Positions 48,428 to 58,465 of a stretch of DNA of 64,000 nucleotides are shown here, piece by piece. The notes beneath the pieces are model-generated. The model was not told the DNA's origin. It saw nothing but the letters and a program-made list of their open reading frames with translations, and made no database searches. Source of the stretch: an uncultured Acidobacteriaceae bacterium. Lineage in GTDB: Bacteria > Acidobacteriota > Terriglobia > Terriglobales > Acidobacteriaceae. The DNA is taken from contig CAWKKW010000007.1 in the NCBI GenBank assembly GCA_963850345.1, positions 689-64,688 on the forward strand, in the 5' to 3' direction. A program made the translations under genes and the position numbers. Position 1 is the first letter of the stretch, and each line of letters begins with the position of its first letter.

Positions 48428-49339
48428 CTAGTTACAAGGGACTCCCGGCGGACACATGATTCTGGGTCGCCCACTCGGCTTCTTCATCGGCTCACGCTGC
48501 GCGGCCGGCACCAGTTGCGGCGCCGGCTCGGCCCCGGTCAGATTCGCGTCTTCGAGCAACAAAGGCCGCTGCAGCAGCATTTCAATCTGCGAACCAGCCT
48601 CGATATTCACGTCCTTGCCGCGGGTAAACAGCGAATAGATCAGCCCGCCCGCTGCTCCTGCTGCTGCGCCGATCCCCAGCCCGGTAAACGGGCGGCCTTC
48701 CACCGCTCCGCCGATCACGCCCGGCCCCGCACCGATCTCCGCGCCCTTGGCCACATCGCCGCCCACCCGGCCCGCATTGCCTTCACCCTGAATGGTTCCC
48801 TCGCCATCCTTCACCTTGGGACCGCCCGAGCCCGGCAGGCTGTTCACCACACCCGGAATCTCAACCACTGTCCCATTGGGAAAAATGATCGACGTGAAAT
48901 GCATCGCCACCTCGCCTCGTCCCCATCCGCGCCCGGGCCGCAACACGCGATCTACCTGCCCCTGTACATACACTCCCGCCGGAATCATCACCCGGTTTCC
49001 TACCACGACCGGGAACGTCGAAATCAGATACACGCCGTCGCCCACACGGGCTGTCTTCGTATTCACCGCGCTCTTGAGTGACAACAGAACCTTCGTGCCT
49101 GCGGGAACTTCGTAGCTCTTCGGCGCAGTCGCCGACTGCTCGCCGGCGGCCTCGCCTGGCGATGCGTCCTGCGGCTGCGGATACGAAGCCGGCGAAGTTG
49201 GCGCCTGCGCACTCGTCGCATTTGTCGGCGCAGCAGCCTGGTTCGGAGCTTGCGCGTCCTGCTGCGCCCCGGCCACGCTCCCGCTCAGCAACCCTGCCAT
49301 CACACACGCAGCCGTCATCCCCGGCCTTCTGATCCCCAT
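48428..49339 (-). CDS. Exported protein with TrbI/VirB10-like beta-barrel region and glycine-zipper tail (tentative)
   Basis: Signal peptide from ATG 49339 (GGGGG upstream) and a Pro/Ala/Gln-rich linker. VPAGTKVLLSLKSAVNTKTARVGD...IPAGVYVQGQV resembles the TrbI/VirB10 core. Gly-rich GIGAAAGAAGGLIY tail. Confidence 0.5.
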   Translation of the reverse strand: MGIRRPGMTAACVMAGLLSGSVAGAQQDAQAPNQAAAPTNATSAQAPTSPASYPQPQDASPGEAAGEQSATAPKSYEVPAGTKVLLSLKSAVNTKTARVGDGVYLISTFPVVVGNRVMIPAGVYVQGQVDRVLRPGRGWGRGEVAMHFTSIIFPNGTVVEIPGVVNSLPGSGGPKVKDGEGTIQGEGNAGRVGGDVAKGAEIGAGPGVIGGAVEGRPFTGLGIGAAAGAAGGLIYSLFTRGKDVNIEAGSQIEMLLQRPLLLEDANLTGAEPAPQLVPAAQREPMKKPSGRPRIMCPPGVPCN

Positions 49340-49480
49340 GCTGCCCCCTGAATTCAAACCTGCCGCATCACCAGTTCCGTCCACTGCTTTAAGCCTTGTC
49401 GCTTTATAGACTCGATCGCTGGCGGGGCGGTAGCGAAAAGTTCCGTCTCTCACTCTCTTCCGCGCTACCATGAATCATTC

Positions 49481-50623
49481 ATGCCTGTCCTCTCCGTTCC
49501 CGTCCCGGCCACCGCTGGTGACCAGAAGTTGCGCTTTGCAAGCGCTTACTCCGTTCTCGAGAAAGCCATCGCGCAACGTGCGTTTCCCGGCGCCGCCTTC
49601 GGTGTGCTCTCCGGTGGCAAGGTCGTCGCACTCGACAGCGTTGGCTCCTTCACCTACGAACCGCGCTCCCCTGGTGTCACTCCTTCTACCATCTATGATC
49701 TTGCCAGCCTGACTAAGGTGCTCGCGACCACCGCAGCCGCGATGGTGCTCTACGATCGCGGAGAATTGGACCTCAACCAGCCCGTGGGGGATTTGCTTCC
49801 CGGCTTCGTCATCGGTATGGAGCCCGGCAGCGGCAAAAACCGTGTAACTCTTCGCATGTTGCTCGCGCACTCCTCCGGGCTGCCCGCGTATCACGAACTC
49901 TGGAAGGTCAGTTCCGATCCGTACGAGATCGTTCGCGCGTGTCTCTGCATGCCGCTCGAGGCGCCGCCAGATACGCGCGCAGAGTATTCTGACATTGGCT
50001 TCATCTTGCTCGGCCTCGCGATCGAAGTCTTGGCCGGGGAAAAGATTTCACCGTTCTGTAGTCGCGAGATCTTCGCGCCGCTCGGCCTCGTCAGTACTCG
50101 CTATGCACCGCCTAAGCACTGGAAGCAACTTATCGCGCCCACGGAAGACGACACTCGCTTTCGGCACCGCATCCTACAAGGCGAGGTGCAGGACGAAAAT
50201 TGTTTCGCGCTTCAGAACGCGACCGGCCATGCTGGGCTCTTCTCCCATGCGCTCGACGTGTTGAAGTTTGCTGGCTGCATCCTGCGCCGCGGGCAGCACA
50301 CAGATTCTACGCAACCGCCGCAGTTTCACTCCGATACGGTCTCTCTCTTCTCCAACCGACAAGCAACGCCCGTGGGAACAAGTCGAGCGCTCGGCTGGGA
50401 TACACCCAGTGCGCCTTCGTCCTCAGGTCAGTTCTTCGGTCCCAGATCCATAGGACATCTGGGTTACTCGGGAACCTCACTCTGGATCGATCCGGACGCG
50501 GACCTCGCTGTCGTGTTGCTCACCAATCGAACTTGGCCGGATCGCTCGTCGGACCACATCCGTTACGTGCGCCCCGCATTTCACGACGAGATTGTTCTGA
50601 GTTTGCGCCGTTCCGTTGCATAA
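49481..50623 (+). CDS. Serine hydrolase (beta-lactamase / PBP4*-like family)
   Basis: SxxK motif ASLTK, downstream HSSGL, and a C-terminal GHLGYSGTSLWIDP motif. Confidence 0.85.
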   Translation: MPVLSVPVPATAGDQKLRFASAYSVLEKAIAQRAFPGAAFGVLSGGKVVALDSVGSFTYEPRSPGVTPSTIYDLASLTKVLATTAAAMVLYDRGELDLNQPVGDLLPGFVIGMEPGSGKNRVTLRMLLAHSSGLPAYHELWKVSSDPYEIVRACLCMPLEAPPDTRAEYSDIGFILLGLAIEVLAGEKISPFCSREIFAPLGLVSTRYAPPKHWKQLIAPTEDDTRFRHRILQGEVQDENCFALQNATGHAGLFSHALDVLKFAGCILRRGQHTDSTQPPQFHSDTVSLFSNRQATPVGTSRALGWDTPSAPSSSGQFFGPRSIGHLGYSGTSLWIDPDADLAVVLLTNRTWPDRSSDHIRYVRPAFHDEIVLSLRRSVA

Positions 50624-50724
50624 TGTCTTTCGGTCCGGTGGTAACAGGACGGTTCATGTGCGAGGCAAGTACGACCAGTTAGCGATAAAATAAACAGTAC
50701 AAACTAAGGAACAGAAACAAACCT

Positions 50725-51702
50725 ATGGCCACCATCACGACACCCGCGGAGACGCAACAGGCTTCCGAAACAGCGGCAGCGCCAGTGAGTAATGTCGAGA
50801 TTCACAACTTAACGACAGAAAGTGCTAACGATGCTTCACAGGGCTTTGACACCAAATCCGCCCTGGAGATCGCCCGCATCATCAATCACGAAGATTCCAA
50901 AGCAGCTGCAGCCGTAAAGAAAGCTCTGCCGGAGATAGCTCTGGTCATCGACTCCGTTGCGAGAAGCCTTCGCGACGGCGGCCGCCTCATCTACATCGGC
51001 GCTGGATCCAGCGGACGCATTGCCGCTCTCGATTCCTGCGAATGTCCGTCGTATTACTCCACCTCGTCGCAGTCGGTGCAATACATCATGGCCGGTGGAC
51101 CCAAGGCTCTCGCCTCAGCCGTCGAAGTGAATGAAGATTCCGAAGAACTGGGCCAGCGTGATATCGCCCGCCGCCGCCCCACCCGCAAAGATATGGTCAT
51201 CGGCCTCTCGGCCAGCGGACGCACGCCGTATGTCGTCGCCGCGGTTGCCTATGCACGCGCGCGCGGCGCCAAGACCGCCTGCATTACCTGCAATCAGGGA
51301 ACCCCTCTCGCTGCGGCCGCCGATGTCGCGATAGTCGCCGAGGTCGGGCCCGAAGTGATCTCCGGCTCCACCCGCATGAAGGCCGCCACCGCGCAGAAGA
51401 TGATCACCAACATGATCACCACTGGCGCCATGACCCGTCTCGGTTACGTGTACGAGAACATGATGGTCAACGTGCACATGCAGAACTCCAAACTGGTCGA
51501 GCGGGGCATCAGCATCCTGATGCGCGCCTGCGCCATCAATCGCGAGACTGCCGTGCAGACCATCAAATCCGCGGGACGTAGCGTTCCTGTCGCGCTCGTG
51601 ATGCTCAAGGCCAAAGTGGATAAGCCCGAAGCGGTTCGCAGGCTGGCCAAATCCGATGGGAACGTTCGCCTGGCGATTGAAGACACCACCCTCGAACTGT
51701 AG
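50725..51702 (+). CDS. murQ: N-acetylmuramic acid 6-phosphate etherase
   Basis: SIS domain GRLIYIGAGSSGRIAALDSCECP, then ISGSTRMKAATAQKM. Confidence 0.9.
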   Translation: MATITTPAETQQASETAAAPVSNVEIHNLTTESANDASQGFDTKSALEIARIINHEDSKAAAAVKKALPEIALVIDSVARSLRDGGRLIYIGAGSSGRIAALDSCECPSYYSTSSQSVQYIMAGGPKALASAVEVNEDSEELGQRDIARRRPTRKDMVIGLSASGRTPYVVAAVAYARARGAKTACITCNQGTPLAAAADVAIVAEVGPEVISGSTRMKAATAQKMITNMITTGAMTRLGYVYENMMVNVHMQNSKLVERGISILMRACAINRETAVQTIKSAGRSVPVALVMLKAKVDKPEAVRRLAKSDGNVRLAIEDTTLEL

Positions 51703-51738
51703 GCTGGCGACCAGCTCCACATATTTCGTTCTGAATTC

Positions 51739-51775
51739 AAGGCTGCAGCGCTCCGTGCGCTGCAGCCTTTTTCCT
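51739..51775 (+). terminator. Rho-independent terminator after murQ
   Basis: Arms aaggctgcagcg / cgctgcagcctt, followed by tttcc. Confidence 0.7.
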
Positions 51776-51889
51776 TGCCTTGTGCCGGCTAACACTCGTG
51801 GTACCCCACCCAATCCCAGTCCTGCAAACGCGCACACCGATTTACAGCCCGGAACAGATACACTACCCCTCAGGAGTTTTCCACGATCT

Positions 51890-53191
51890 ATGGATAAGTT
51901 CGTCATCCGGGGCGGAAATCCGCTGCTTGGCACCCTCCGCGTCAGCGGAGCGAAAAACTCGGCTCTTCCCTGCATGGCAGCCGCTATCCTTACTGAAGAC
52001 GAAGTGGTCCTCGAAAACGTGCCCCAGGTCCGCGATATCGAGACCGAGCGCCGCCTGCTCGTCTCGATGGGCGCCGAAGTGGAACTCGGCTACGGCCGCG
52101 CCCAGCACCGCACCACTATTTCGTGCCGCCTGCTCTCCGATCCCGTGGCCAAATACGAGATCGTGAAGACCATGCGCGCCTCCTCCCTGGTGCTCGGTCC
52201 TCTCATTGCGCGAACCGGCGTAGCCCGCGTCGCTATGCCCGGCGGTTGCGCCATCGGCGGACGGCCCATCGATCTCCACATCAAGGGCCTCGAGACAATG
52301 GGCGCCACCATCAGCTACGAACACGGCTACATCGAGGCGCGCGCCGAGCGGCTCAAAGGCGCCCAACTCGTCTTCGACAAAATCACCGTTACCGGTACCG
52401 AAGACCTGCTCATGGCCGCCGTCCTCGCCGAGGGCGAAACCGTGATGGAGAATTGCGCGCGCGAGCCGGAAGTCGTCGACCTCGCCGCTTTGCTTAGCGC
52501 GATGGGCGCTCGTATCCAGGGTGCCGGCACCTCTACCATCCGCGTGCAGGGTGTTGAAAGGCTGCACGGGGCACGTCACCGCATCAATCCCGACCGCATC
52601 GAGGCCGGCACATTCCTGATTGCCGGCGCGATCACCGGCGGCGACCTGTGCGTCGCCAATTGCAATCCCGCTCACCTCGGCGCCATCGTGGATACACTCC
52701 GATCCTGTGGCGTGCGCATCGACCCCATCAACGGCGACTCACTTCGCGTGCGCAGCGAAGGCAATCTCAAGGCCACCGACATCTCTACAGAAGAGTATCC
52801 CGGCTTCCCCACCGACATGCAGGCACAGTACATGGCGCTTGCCACGCAGGTGGACGGCACTTCGCTCATCACCGAAAACATCTTCGAAAACCGCTTCATG
52901 CACGTGCAGGAGCTCATCCGCATGGGCGCGAACATCAAGGTCGACGGCCGCACCGCAACCGTTCGCGGCAAATCGCAACTCTCTTCCGCCGCAGTCATGT
53001 GCTCTGATCTGCGAGCCTCCGCTTCGCTAGTGCTCGCCGCGCTGGTGGCCGAAGGCGAATCGATTCTCGATCGCGTCTACCACATCGATCGCGGCTACGA
53101 ACACATCGAGGAGAAGCTTCGCGGTGTTGGAGCGCAGGTCCGGCGCATGGGTAACATCTTCAGCTCGCGCCGGGAAGTGGTCGAAGCCTAG
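51890..53191 (+). CDS. murA: UDP-N-acetylglucosamine 1-carboxyvinyltransferase
   Basis: Start [27 protein letters not shown]. Active-site [14 protein letters not shown]. Confidence 0.95.
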   Translation: MDKFVIRGGNPLLGTLRVSGAKNSALPCMAAAILTEDEVVLENVPQVRDIETERRLLVSMGAEVELGYGRAQHRTTISCRLLSDPVAKYEIVKTMRASSLVLGPLIARTGVARVAMPGGCAIGGRPIDLHIKGLETMGATISYEHGYIEARAERLKGAQLVFDKITVTGTEDLLMAAVLAEGETVMENCAREPEVVDLAALLSAMGARIQGAGTSTIRVQGVERLHGARHRINPDRIEAGTFLIAGAITGGDLCVANCNPAHLGAIVDTLRSCGVRIDPINGDSLRVRSEGNLKATDISTEEYPGFPTDMQAQYMALATQVDGTSLITENIFENRFMHVQELIRMGANIKVDGRTATVRGKSQLSSAAVMCSDLRASASLVLAALVAEGESILDRVYHIDRGYEHIEEKLRGVGAQVRRMGNIFSSRREVVEA

Positions 53192-53242
53192 CGCCTGACG
53201 CTTTCCTCACCTCTGCCGCATCAGAGCTACAGGAGGGCAACT

Positions 53243-53725
53243 ATGCCGAACGACGACCGTTTACTTCGCGACCAACTGGTCGAACTACTGCGAGGCGGCA
53301 GCGCGCACGCGGACCTGAATAAATCACTCGCCGACTTTCCTGGTGGCCTGGCCGGCAAGAAGCCTCAAGGCGCTCCGCATACTGCCTGGCAGTTGCTGGA
53401 GCATCTCCGGCTCGCCCTGCATGACCTGCTCGAGTTCTCCACCAGTTCTGAGTACCTCGCCCCCAACTGGCCCGAAGATTACTGGCCCAAAACCGACGCT
53501 CCCCCTTCTCCTGAGGCGTGGGAAGAATCCGTCACCGCCATCAAAGGCGACCTGCAGGCCTTCGAAGATCTCGTTCGCGACTCCGAAAGCAATCTCTACG
53601 CCACCATTCCCTGGGGCAAAGGGCAGACCCTGCTTAGAGAAGTGCTGCTCGCGGCCGACCACAACAGCTACCACCTCGGTCAACTCGTCTACCTGCGCAA
53701 GCAGCTCGGCGAATGGAAGGACTGA
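53243..53725 (+). CDS. DinB-family (DinB_2) protein
   Basis: AGGAGGG SD. His-containing helices LLEHLRLALHDLLEF and HNSYHLGQLVYLRKQLG. Confidence 0.8.
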   Translation: MPNDDRLLRDQLVELLRGGSAHADLNKSLADFPGGLAGKKPQGAPHTAWQLLEHLRLALHDLLEFSTSSEYLAPNWPEDYWPKTDAPPSPEAWEESVTAIKGDLQAFEDLVRDSESNLYATIPWGKGQTLLREVLLAADHNSYHLGQLVYLRKQLGEWKD

Positions 53726-53746
53726 CGCACTTCTGTGACGCAAAGC

Positions 53747-53785
53747 AAAAGGCCTGCGCACTCGTCGCAGGCCCTTTCGTCTTTG
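53747..53785. terminator. Bidirectional rho-independent terminator
   Basis: Stem ggcctgcg (53751-53758) / cgcaggcc (53766-53773). Flanked by aaaa upstream and ctttcgtcttt downstream. Lies between convergent genes. Confidence 0.7.
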
Positions 53786-53794
53786 AACTTCGCC

Positions 53795-54205
53795 TTACTT
53801 CCAGCTCACCGCCAACTGCCACTTCAAATGGCGTGCCGAAGTCTTCAGCAGAACCCGCTCAAACTCTTCCAGCTCATGCAGCACAGAGGTGGTTTCGCTG
53901 CCGAACTCAGTCGACGCTCCCTTGAGGTAATCCACCAGCGCGGAGATAGTCTCCAATCCGCTATCCGGCGAGAACCACTGCGGAGGCGGCAGAGTCTTCG
54001 CCCACTCCGGATCGCCCGCTCCTTCTTCCAGCAGCAGGGCCATCGAGTTCTCATCGGCCGAGAAAAACTCCAGTAGAGGCTGCACGCCCAGCCTTTCGGC
54101 CAGCTTCTCCAGCGCGTCTTCATGCCGCGCAAGCGCCCGGCCGTTCACGAAGATGTCGAACCCTGGATCTTCCCCTTCCACCACGATGTACATCGAAGCG
54201 CTCAT
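53795..54205 (-). CDS. Hypothetical acidic cytoplasmic protein
   Basis: ORF from MSASMYIVVEGEDPG... begins 11 nt after the upstream EamA stop codon. No family recognised. Confidence 0.55.
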   Translation of the reverse strand: MSASMYIVVEGEDPGFDIFVNGRALARHEDALEKLAERLGVQPLLEFFSADENSMALLLEEGAGDPEWAKTLPPPQWFSPDSGLETISALVDYLKGASTEFGSETTSVLHELEEFERVLLKTSARHLKWQLAVSWK

Positions 54206-54215
54206 CGCAGACAGT

Positions 54216-55136
54216 TTAGCGCAGTTTCTGCTGCGCCTTGCCATTTGGGCCCGAGGTTACCAGAAGGGTAACTCCTTCCTCGTCACCGCTGGGTATACAA
54301 ATGGTTACTACTGTGCAACCGAGCACCACGACTGCGCCTGCCAACACACTCCACGGTGGTGAGGCGCGCATCGCCACCACGCCTTCTATGATCGCCACCA
54401 GCGGCGCCGTCCACTGGAGCGTCGCCACCTGGTATGCTTCCATTTCACGTAACAGCCAGTAGTACAGAACGAACCCAACCGCCCCGGCCATCCCCGTCAC
54501 GGCCAGTACCCAGATGGTTTCCTTACCCGCCGCGGATGGGACGCCCCTCTCCATCGCCATGCTGCTGAGGAAGACAAGCAAGGCTGCAACGCCGAGTTGC
54601 ACGGCGGTCGTCCCCAGCAGTGAAGCCTCATGGAGCGCGCGTTTCGCATACACCAGCGAAGCCGCGTGGCTGAGCACCGCAACAAAAAGCACAGCACCGG
54701 CAGCCGCATTCGCCGCCGAGAAAGACAGGCCGTCGAACACGATCAGCGCCATGCCGCCCGCGCCAATCAGTCCAGCCTGAAAAATTGCGCGCGAAACCCC
54801 CACCGCTTGCACTTGCCGCATGAGGAACGCGGTCACGAGTGGCAGCCCTGCGAACAAGACGACGCTCAGCGCTGAGGAACTTTGTTGCGCCGCCCACACC
54901 ACCAGCACGTAGGGCAACGCGATCAGCGTGACAGCCAGCAGGCACGAGACCTTCAGGCTCACCGGCCCTCGCGTGCGCTGCACCCATGCAGGTACGGCAA
55001 GCAACAGCGCACCGATGCCGAATCGAATCGCGCCCGCGCGCAGAGGCGGCATGCGAACCATGTCGTTGGCGATCCACACGCTGCCCCAGAGCAAGGACAC
55101 TGCGAGGTACGCCGCCGCTAAGGTCCACCTGCGCAT
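54216..55136 (-). CDS. EamA/DMT family transporter (full-length, 10 TM)
   Basis: Two EamA repeats, about ten hydrophobic helices. Confidence 0.8.
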   Translation of the reverse strand: MRRWTLAAAYLAVSLLWGSVWIANDMVRMPPLRAGAIRFGIGALLLAVPAWVQRTRGPVSLKVSCLLAVTLIALPYVLVVWAAQQSSSALSVVLFAGLPLVTAFLMRQVQAVGVSRAIFQAGLIGAGGMALIVFDGLSFSAANAAAGAVLFVAVLSHAASLVYAKRALHEASLLGTTAVQLGVAALLVFLSSMAMERGVPSAAGKETIWVLAVTGMAGAVGFVLYYWLLREMEAYQVATLQWTAPLVAIIEGVVAMRASPPWSVLAGAVVVLGCTVVTICIPSGDEEGVTLLVTSGPNGKAQQKLR

Positions 55137-55222
55137 GCTGCTTCCCTGCCGCGAACGTGGTCGCCGGAAAAAAGAAGGGCCGCGCTCATCGCGCAGCCCT
55201 TCCGCTTGGTTATTTCTTGGAT

Positions 55223-57673
55223 CTATTTGGGTCCGCGTGGGCCGCCGCCGGGACCACCGGGTCCGCGACCACGTCCACCACCGCCGCCGCTGCCGCCGCT
55301 TCTCCTGCGACGACGCCGTTGCTGACCGCCAGGCCCACCCGATCCGCCGCCCGGAGCACCCGGTGCGCGGGTCTCCCCAACGCCAACTGGAGCACCTTCC
55401 ACCCGATTGAAGTTCGGCTCGTCGTCGCCTTCTTCAAACTCGTCGAAGTCCTCGCCGCCCTCAATCGTGATCGTGCTTGCATTCGATGCCGGCTGCCGTT
55501 CCGCCTGCGTCCTTGCCTGGGGTGCGCCCTCGCCGCTCGCCTGCATCTCGGGAACTGCACCTTCTTCCGGCAACCCAAGCTTCACGCGCTGTTCTTTCAG
55601 CAGCGCTTTGCGTGACAGCTTGATGCGATTGCCTTCGATGCCCAGCACCTTCACCAGCACTTGGTCGCCTTCGCGCAGTTCGTCCTTCACGTCCTTCACG
55701 CGATGCTCGGCGATTTCACTGATGTGCAGCAATCCATCGGTGCCCGGGAAGAGCTCAATGAAGGCCCCGAACTCCGCCAGCCGCACAACCTTGCCCAGAT
55801 AGGTCTTGCCCACCTCGGGCACTGCGGTGATGTCGCTGATCATCTGCAGCGCGCGCGCCAGTCCATCGGCGTCGCTCGAAGCCACGTTCACGCGACCGGT
55901 GTCGTCGACATCGATCTTCACTTGCGTCGCTTCGATAATGCCGCGGATCACCTTGCCGCCCGGTCCGATCAGGTCGCGAATCTTGTCGGTTGGAATCTGC
56001 AGCGTGCGAATCTGCGGTGCGTGCTTCGACTTCTCCGTACGCGGTCCGCTCAACTCGGCGTCCATCTTGTCCAGCAGGAACAACCGTCCGTGACGCGCCT
56101 GTTCGAGTGCCTCACGCATGATCTGCCCGGTGATGCCGCTGATCTTGATGTCCATCTGCAGCGCCGTGATGCCCTTGCGGGTTCCGGCTACTTTGAAGTC
56201 CATATCGCCGTAGTGATCTTCCGCGCCCGCGATGTCGGTCAGGATGGCATAATCTTCGCCTTCCTTCACCAGGCCCATCGCTACGCCGGCGACCGATGCC
56301 TTGAGCGGAATGCCCGCATCCATCAGCGCCAGGCTGGCTCCGCAGACCGAAGCCATCGAAGAAGAACCGTTCGACTCCAGAATGTCCGAGACCACGCGCA
56401 GCGCGTACGGCGATTCATCTTCCGACGGCAATACCGCGGTAATAGCCCGCTCAGCCAACGCGCCGTGTCCGATCTCGCGGCGGCCTACGCCGGTCATGCG
56501 GCCCACTTCGCCGACCGAGAACGGCGGGAAGTTGTAATGCAGCATGAATCGCTTCTTCTGCTCGCCCTGGAACGTCTCAAGCCGCTGCGAATCGTCATTG
56601 GTCCCCAGCGTTGCCGTCACCAGCGCCTGCGTCTCGCCGCGGGTAAAAAGCGCCGAACCGTGAGTGCGCGGCAGTACGCCGGTCTCAATCGTGATCTCGC
56701 GAATCTCGTCGAACGCGCGACGATCTGGACGGATGCGCTCCTTGGTCACCTGGCCGCGGAAGATCCGTTCACGCAAGGCTTCGTAGTAGTGCGCCAGCTG
56801 CTTCTTCGCAGCCGGATCGCCTTCCGGCAATTCCTTCGCGAGCTCATCCTTGATCGCCTTGACCAACGCGTAGCTCTCGGCCTTGGGATGAGTCTTGGTG
56901 TCGAGCGCGTCCTTCAGCCGGTCGCCGACCTTGGCTTCGAGCGCTTCGTAATAGGCGGTATCGAACTCCGGTTCCTTGACCGCACGCTTTTGCTTGCCTG
57001 CCTTGCTCACCAAGTCTTCAATCGCCGCAACGATCTTCTTAATCTCGACGTGAGCGAAATCGATGGCGTCAGCCACGACCTCTTCGCTCACTTCCAGCGA
57101 ACCGCTCTCCACCATCACAATGCCGTGCTTCGTTCCCACCACGGTGATGTTCAGCAGGCTGTTGCCGCGATCGGCGTACGAGGGGTTGACGACGAAATTG
57201 CCGTCCACGTGGCCCACGCGAACTGCGCCCACCGGCCCACCGAACGGAATGTCGGACAGTGCCAATGCCGCGCTCGCCGCGTTGATGCCGATAATGTCAG
57301 GATCGTTTTCCCTATCGGCCGAGAACACCAGCGCGATCACCTGGGTTTCGTTGCGGAATCCCTCTGGGAACAGCGGGCGAATCGGCCGGTCGATCTGGCG
57401 GCTGGTGAGAATCTCACGCTCGCTCGGACGGCCTTCGCGCTTGATAAATCCGCCGGGAATGCGGCCGCCGGCATACGCGTACTCACGGTAATCCACCGTG
57501 AGCGGGAAAAAATCGATGCCCTCTTTGGGATCGGGCGAGGCTACGGCCGTCGCCAGGACAACGCTGTCACCCTCGGTGACTAACGCCGCTCCGGATGCCT
57601 GCTTCGCAATCCGGCCTGTTTCAAATGTCAATCGCTTGCCACCGGCAAGCTCGACAGTAACTTCCTGTTTCAT
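55223..57673 (-). CDS. pnp: Polyribonucleotide nucleotidyltransferase (PNPase) with a 121-aa low-complexity C-terminal tail
   Basis: Two RNase PH domains, KH (IPTDKIRDLIGPGGKVIRGI) and S1 (GKTYLGKVVRLAEFGAFIEL), then an acidic patch and a Gly/Arg-rich tail. Confidence 0.97.
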   Translation of the reverse strand: MKQEVTVELAGGKRLTFETGRIAKQASGAALVTEGDSVVLATAVASPDPKEGIDFFPLTVDYREYAYAGGRIPGGFIKREGRPSEREILTSRQIDRPIRPLFPEGFRNETQVIALVFSADRENDPDIIGINAASAALALSDIPFGGPVGAVRVGHVDGNFVVNPSYADRGNSLLNITVVGTKHGIVMVESGSLEVSEEVVADAIDFAHVEIKKIVAAIEDLVSKAGKQKRAVKEPEFDTAYYEALEAKVGDRLKDALDTKTHPKAESYALVKAIKDELAKELPEGDPAAKKQLAHYYEALRERIFRGQVTKERIRPDRRAFDEIREITIETGVLPRTHGSALFTRGETQALVTATLGTNDDSQRLETFQGEQKKRFMLHYNFPPFSVGEVGRMTGVGRREIGHGALAERAITAVLPSEDESPYALRVVSDILESNGSSSMASVCGASLALMDAGIPLKASVAGVAMGLVKEGEDYAILTDIAGAEDHYGDMDFKVAGTRKGITALQMDIKISGITGQIMREALEQARHGRLFLLDKMDAELSGPRTEKSKHAPQIRTLQIPTDKIRDLIGPGGKVIRGIIEATQVKIDVDDTGRVNVASSDADGLARALQMISDITAVPEVGKTYLGKVVRLAEFGAFIELFPGTDGLLHISEIAEHRVKDVKDELREGDQVLVKVLGIEGNRIKLSRKALLKEQRVKLGLPEEGAVPEMQASGEGAPQARTQAERQPASNASTITIEGGEDFDEFEEGDDEPNFNRVEGAPVGVGETRAPGAPGGGSGGPGGQQRRRRRRSGGSGGGGGRGRGPGGPGGGPRGPK

Positions 57674-57909
57674 TGGTTCCTCGTTTCTTGATTTGCTGCG
57701 CTGAAGGGAGGAGGCGCGAAAAGCGAGTCAGCGGCAAGAGTAGAAAGAATTACGGGATTGCGCGTGCCGGAAGCGATGGCTTCGGAGATGACACGGCATT
57801 CCATGGAAAGCGATGGGGGAGTTTGCGTGTGGCGCATTGCGCTCACAGGCACTCTCCCGCCAATGGCGGAGCGCCGAAGCCGTTTTGGCCTCGTGCAGCG
57901 CATTCCACG

Positions 57910-57936
57910 CCAAACACACTGGCCGCACCTGCGGCC
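57910..57936 (-). terminator. Hairpin downstream of rpsO (terminator/attenuator candidate)
   Basis: ggccgc / gcggcc stem with a 4-nt loop (57921-57936). On the minus strand it is followed by agtgtgtttgg. Confidence 0.4.
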
Positions 57937-57988
57937 AATCGAACTCTGTCTCTTCGCACTAAGATTGGGAGCAAAGGTTCTCGCTTGC

Positions 57989-58255
57989 TTATTTGCGGAT
58001 GCCCAGCTTCCCGATCACATCCCGGTAGCGGTCGGAATCGTTTGTTTTTAAGTAATCCAGAAGACGGCGGCGCTTGCTCACGAGCATCAACAGGCCACGC
58101 CGGGAGGCATGATCCTTTTTGTGCGTCTTGAAATGCTCGGTAAGCTCGCCAATCCGTTCGCTGAGAATCGCAATCTGCACCTCAGGACTGCCTGTGTCGC
58201 TCTCATGGGTGCGGAAGCGTGCGATGATATCGGTCTTTTTAACGGTTGCCAGCAC
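57989..58255 (-). CDS. rpsO: 30S ribosomal protein S15
   Basis: Motifs [40 protein letters not shown]. Confidence 0.97.
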   Translation of the reverse strand: MLATVKKTDIIARFRTHESDTGSPEVQIAILSERIGELTEHFKTHKKDHASRRGLLMLVSKRRRLLDYLKTNDSDRYRDVIGKLGIRK

Positions 58256-58465
58256 GGAAGTGCGTTACTCCTCTACTTTTCAGTCAAGTCCACTCTCTAA
58301 GTGTCTGGCTAAGAATAACATGCTCGCGATTTTTCGGGCAATTTTCGACTCGACGCGCTCCGTCCACATTCCGCCCCGCTAAACCGCAGTAAACACGCCT
58401 CCAACTGAGCTGAGCCCGCGGAAACCTGCTCTGCGCCAGTCCATCCATCGTACAATCCCCCGGAC

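Noticed and set aside
55661-57583. 640-aa plus-strand ORF opposite pnp
   Set aside because: A shadow ORF antisense to an unmistakable PNPase. Similar antisense ORFs opposite carB, carA, korA, korB and the GT2 (44685-45743, 46386-47738, 37415-38359, 36346-37146, 5691-6596) were rejected for the same reason.
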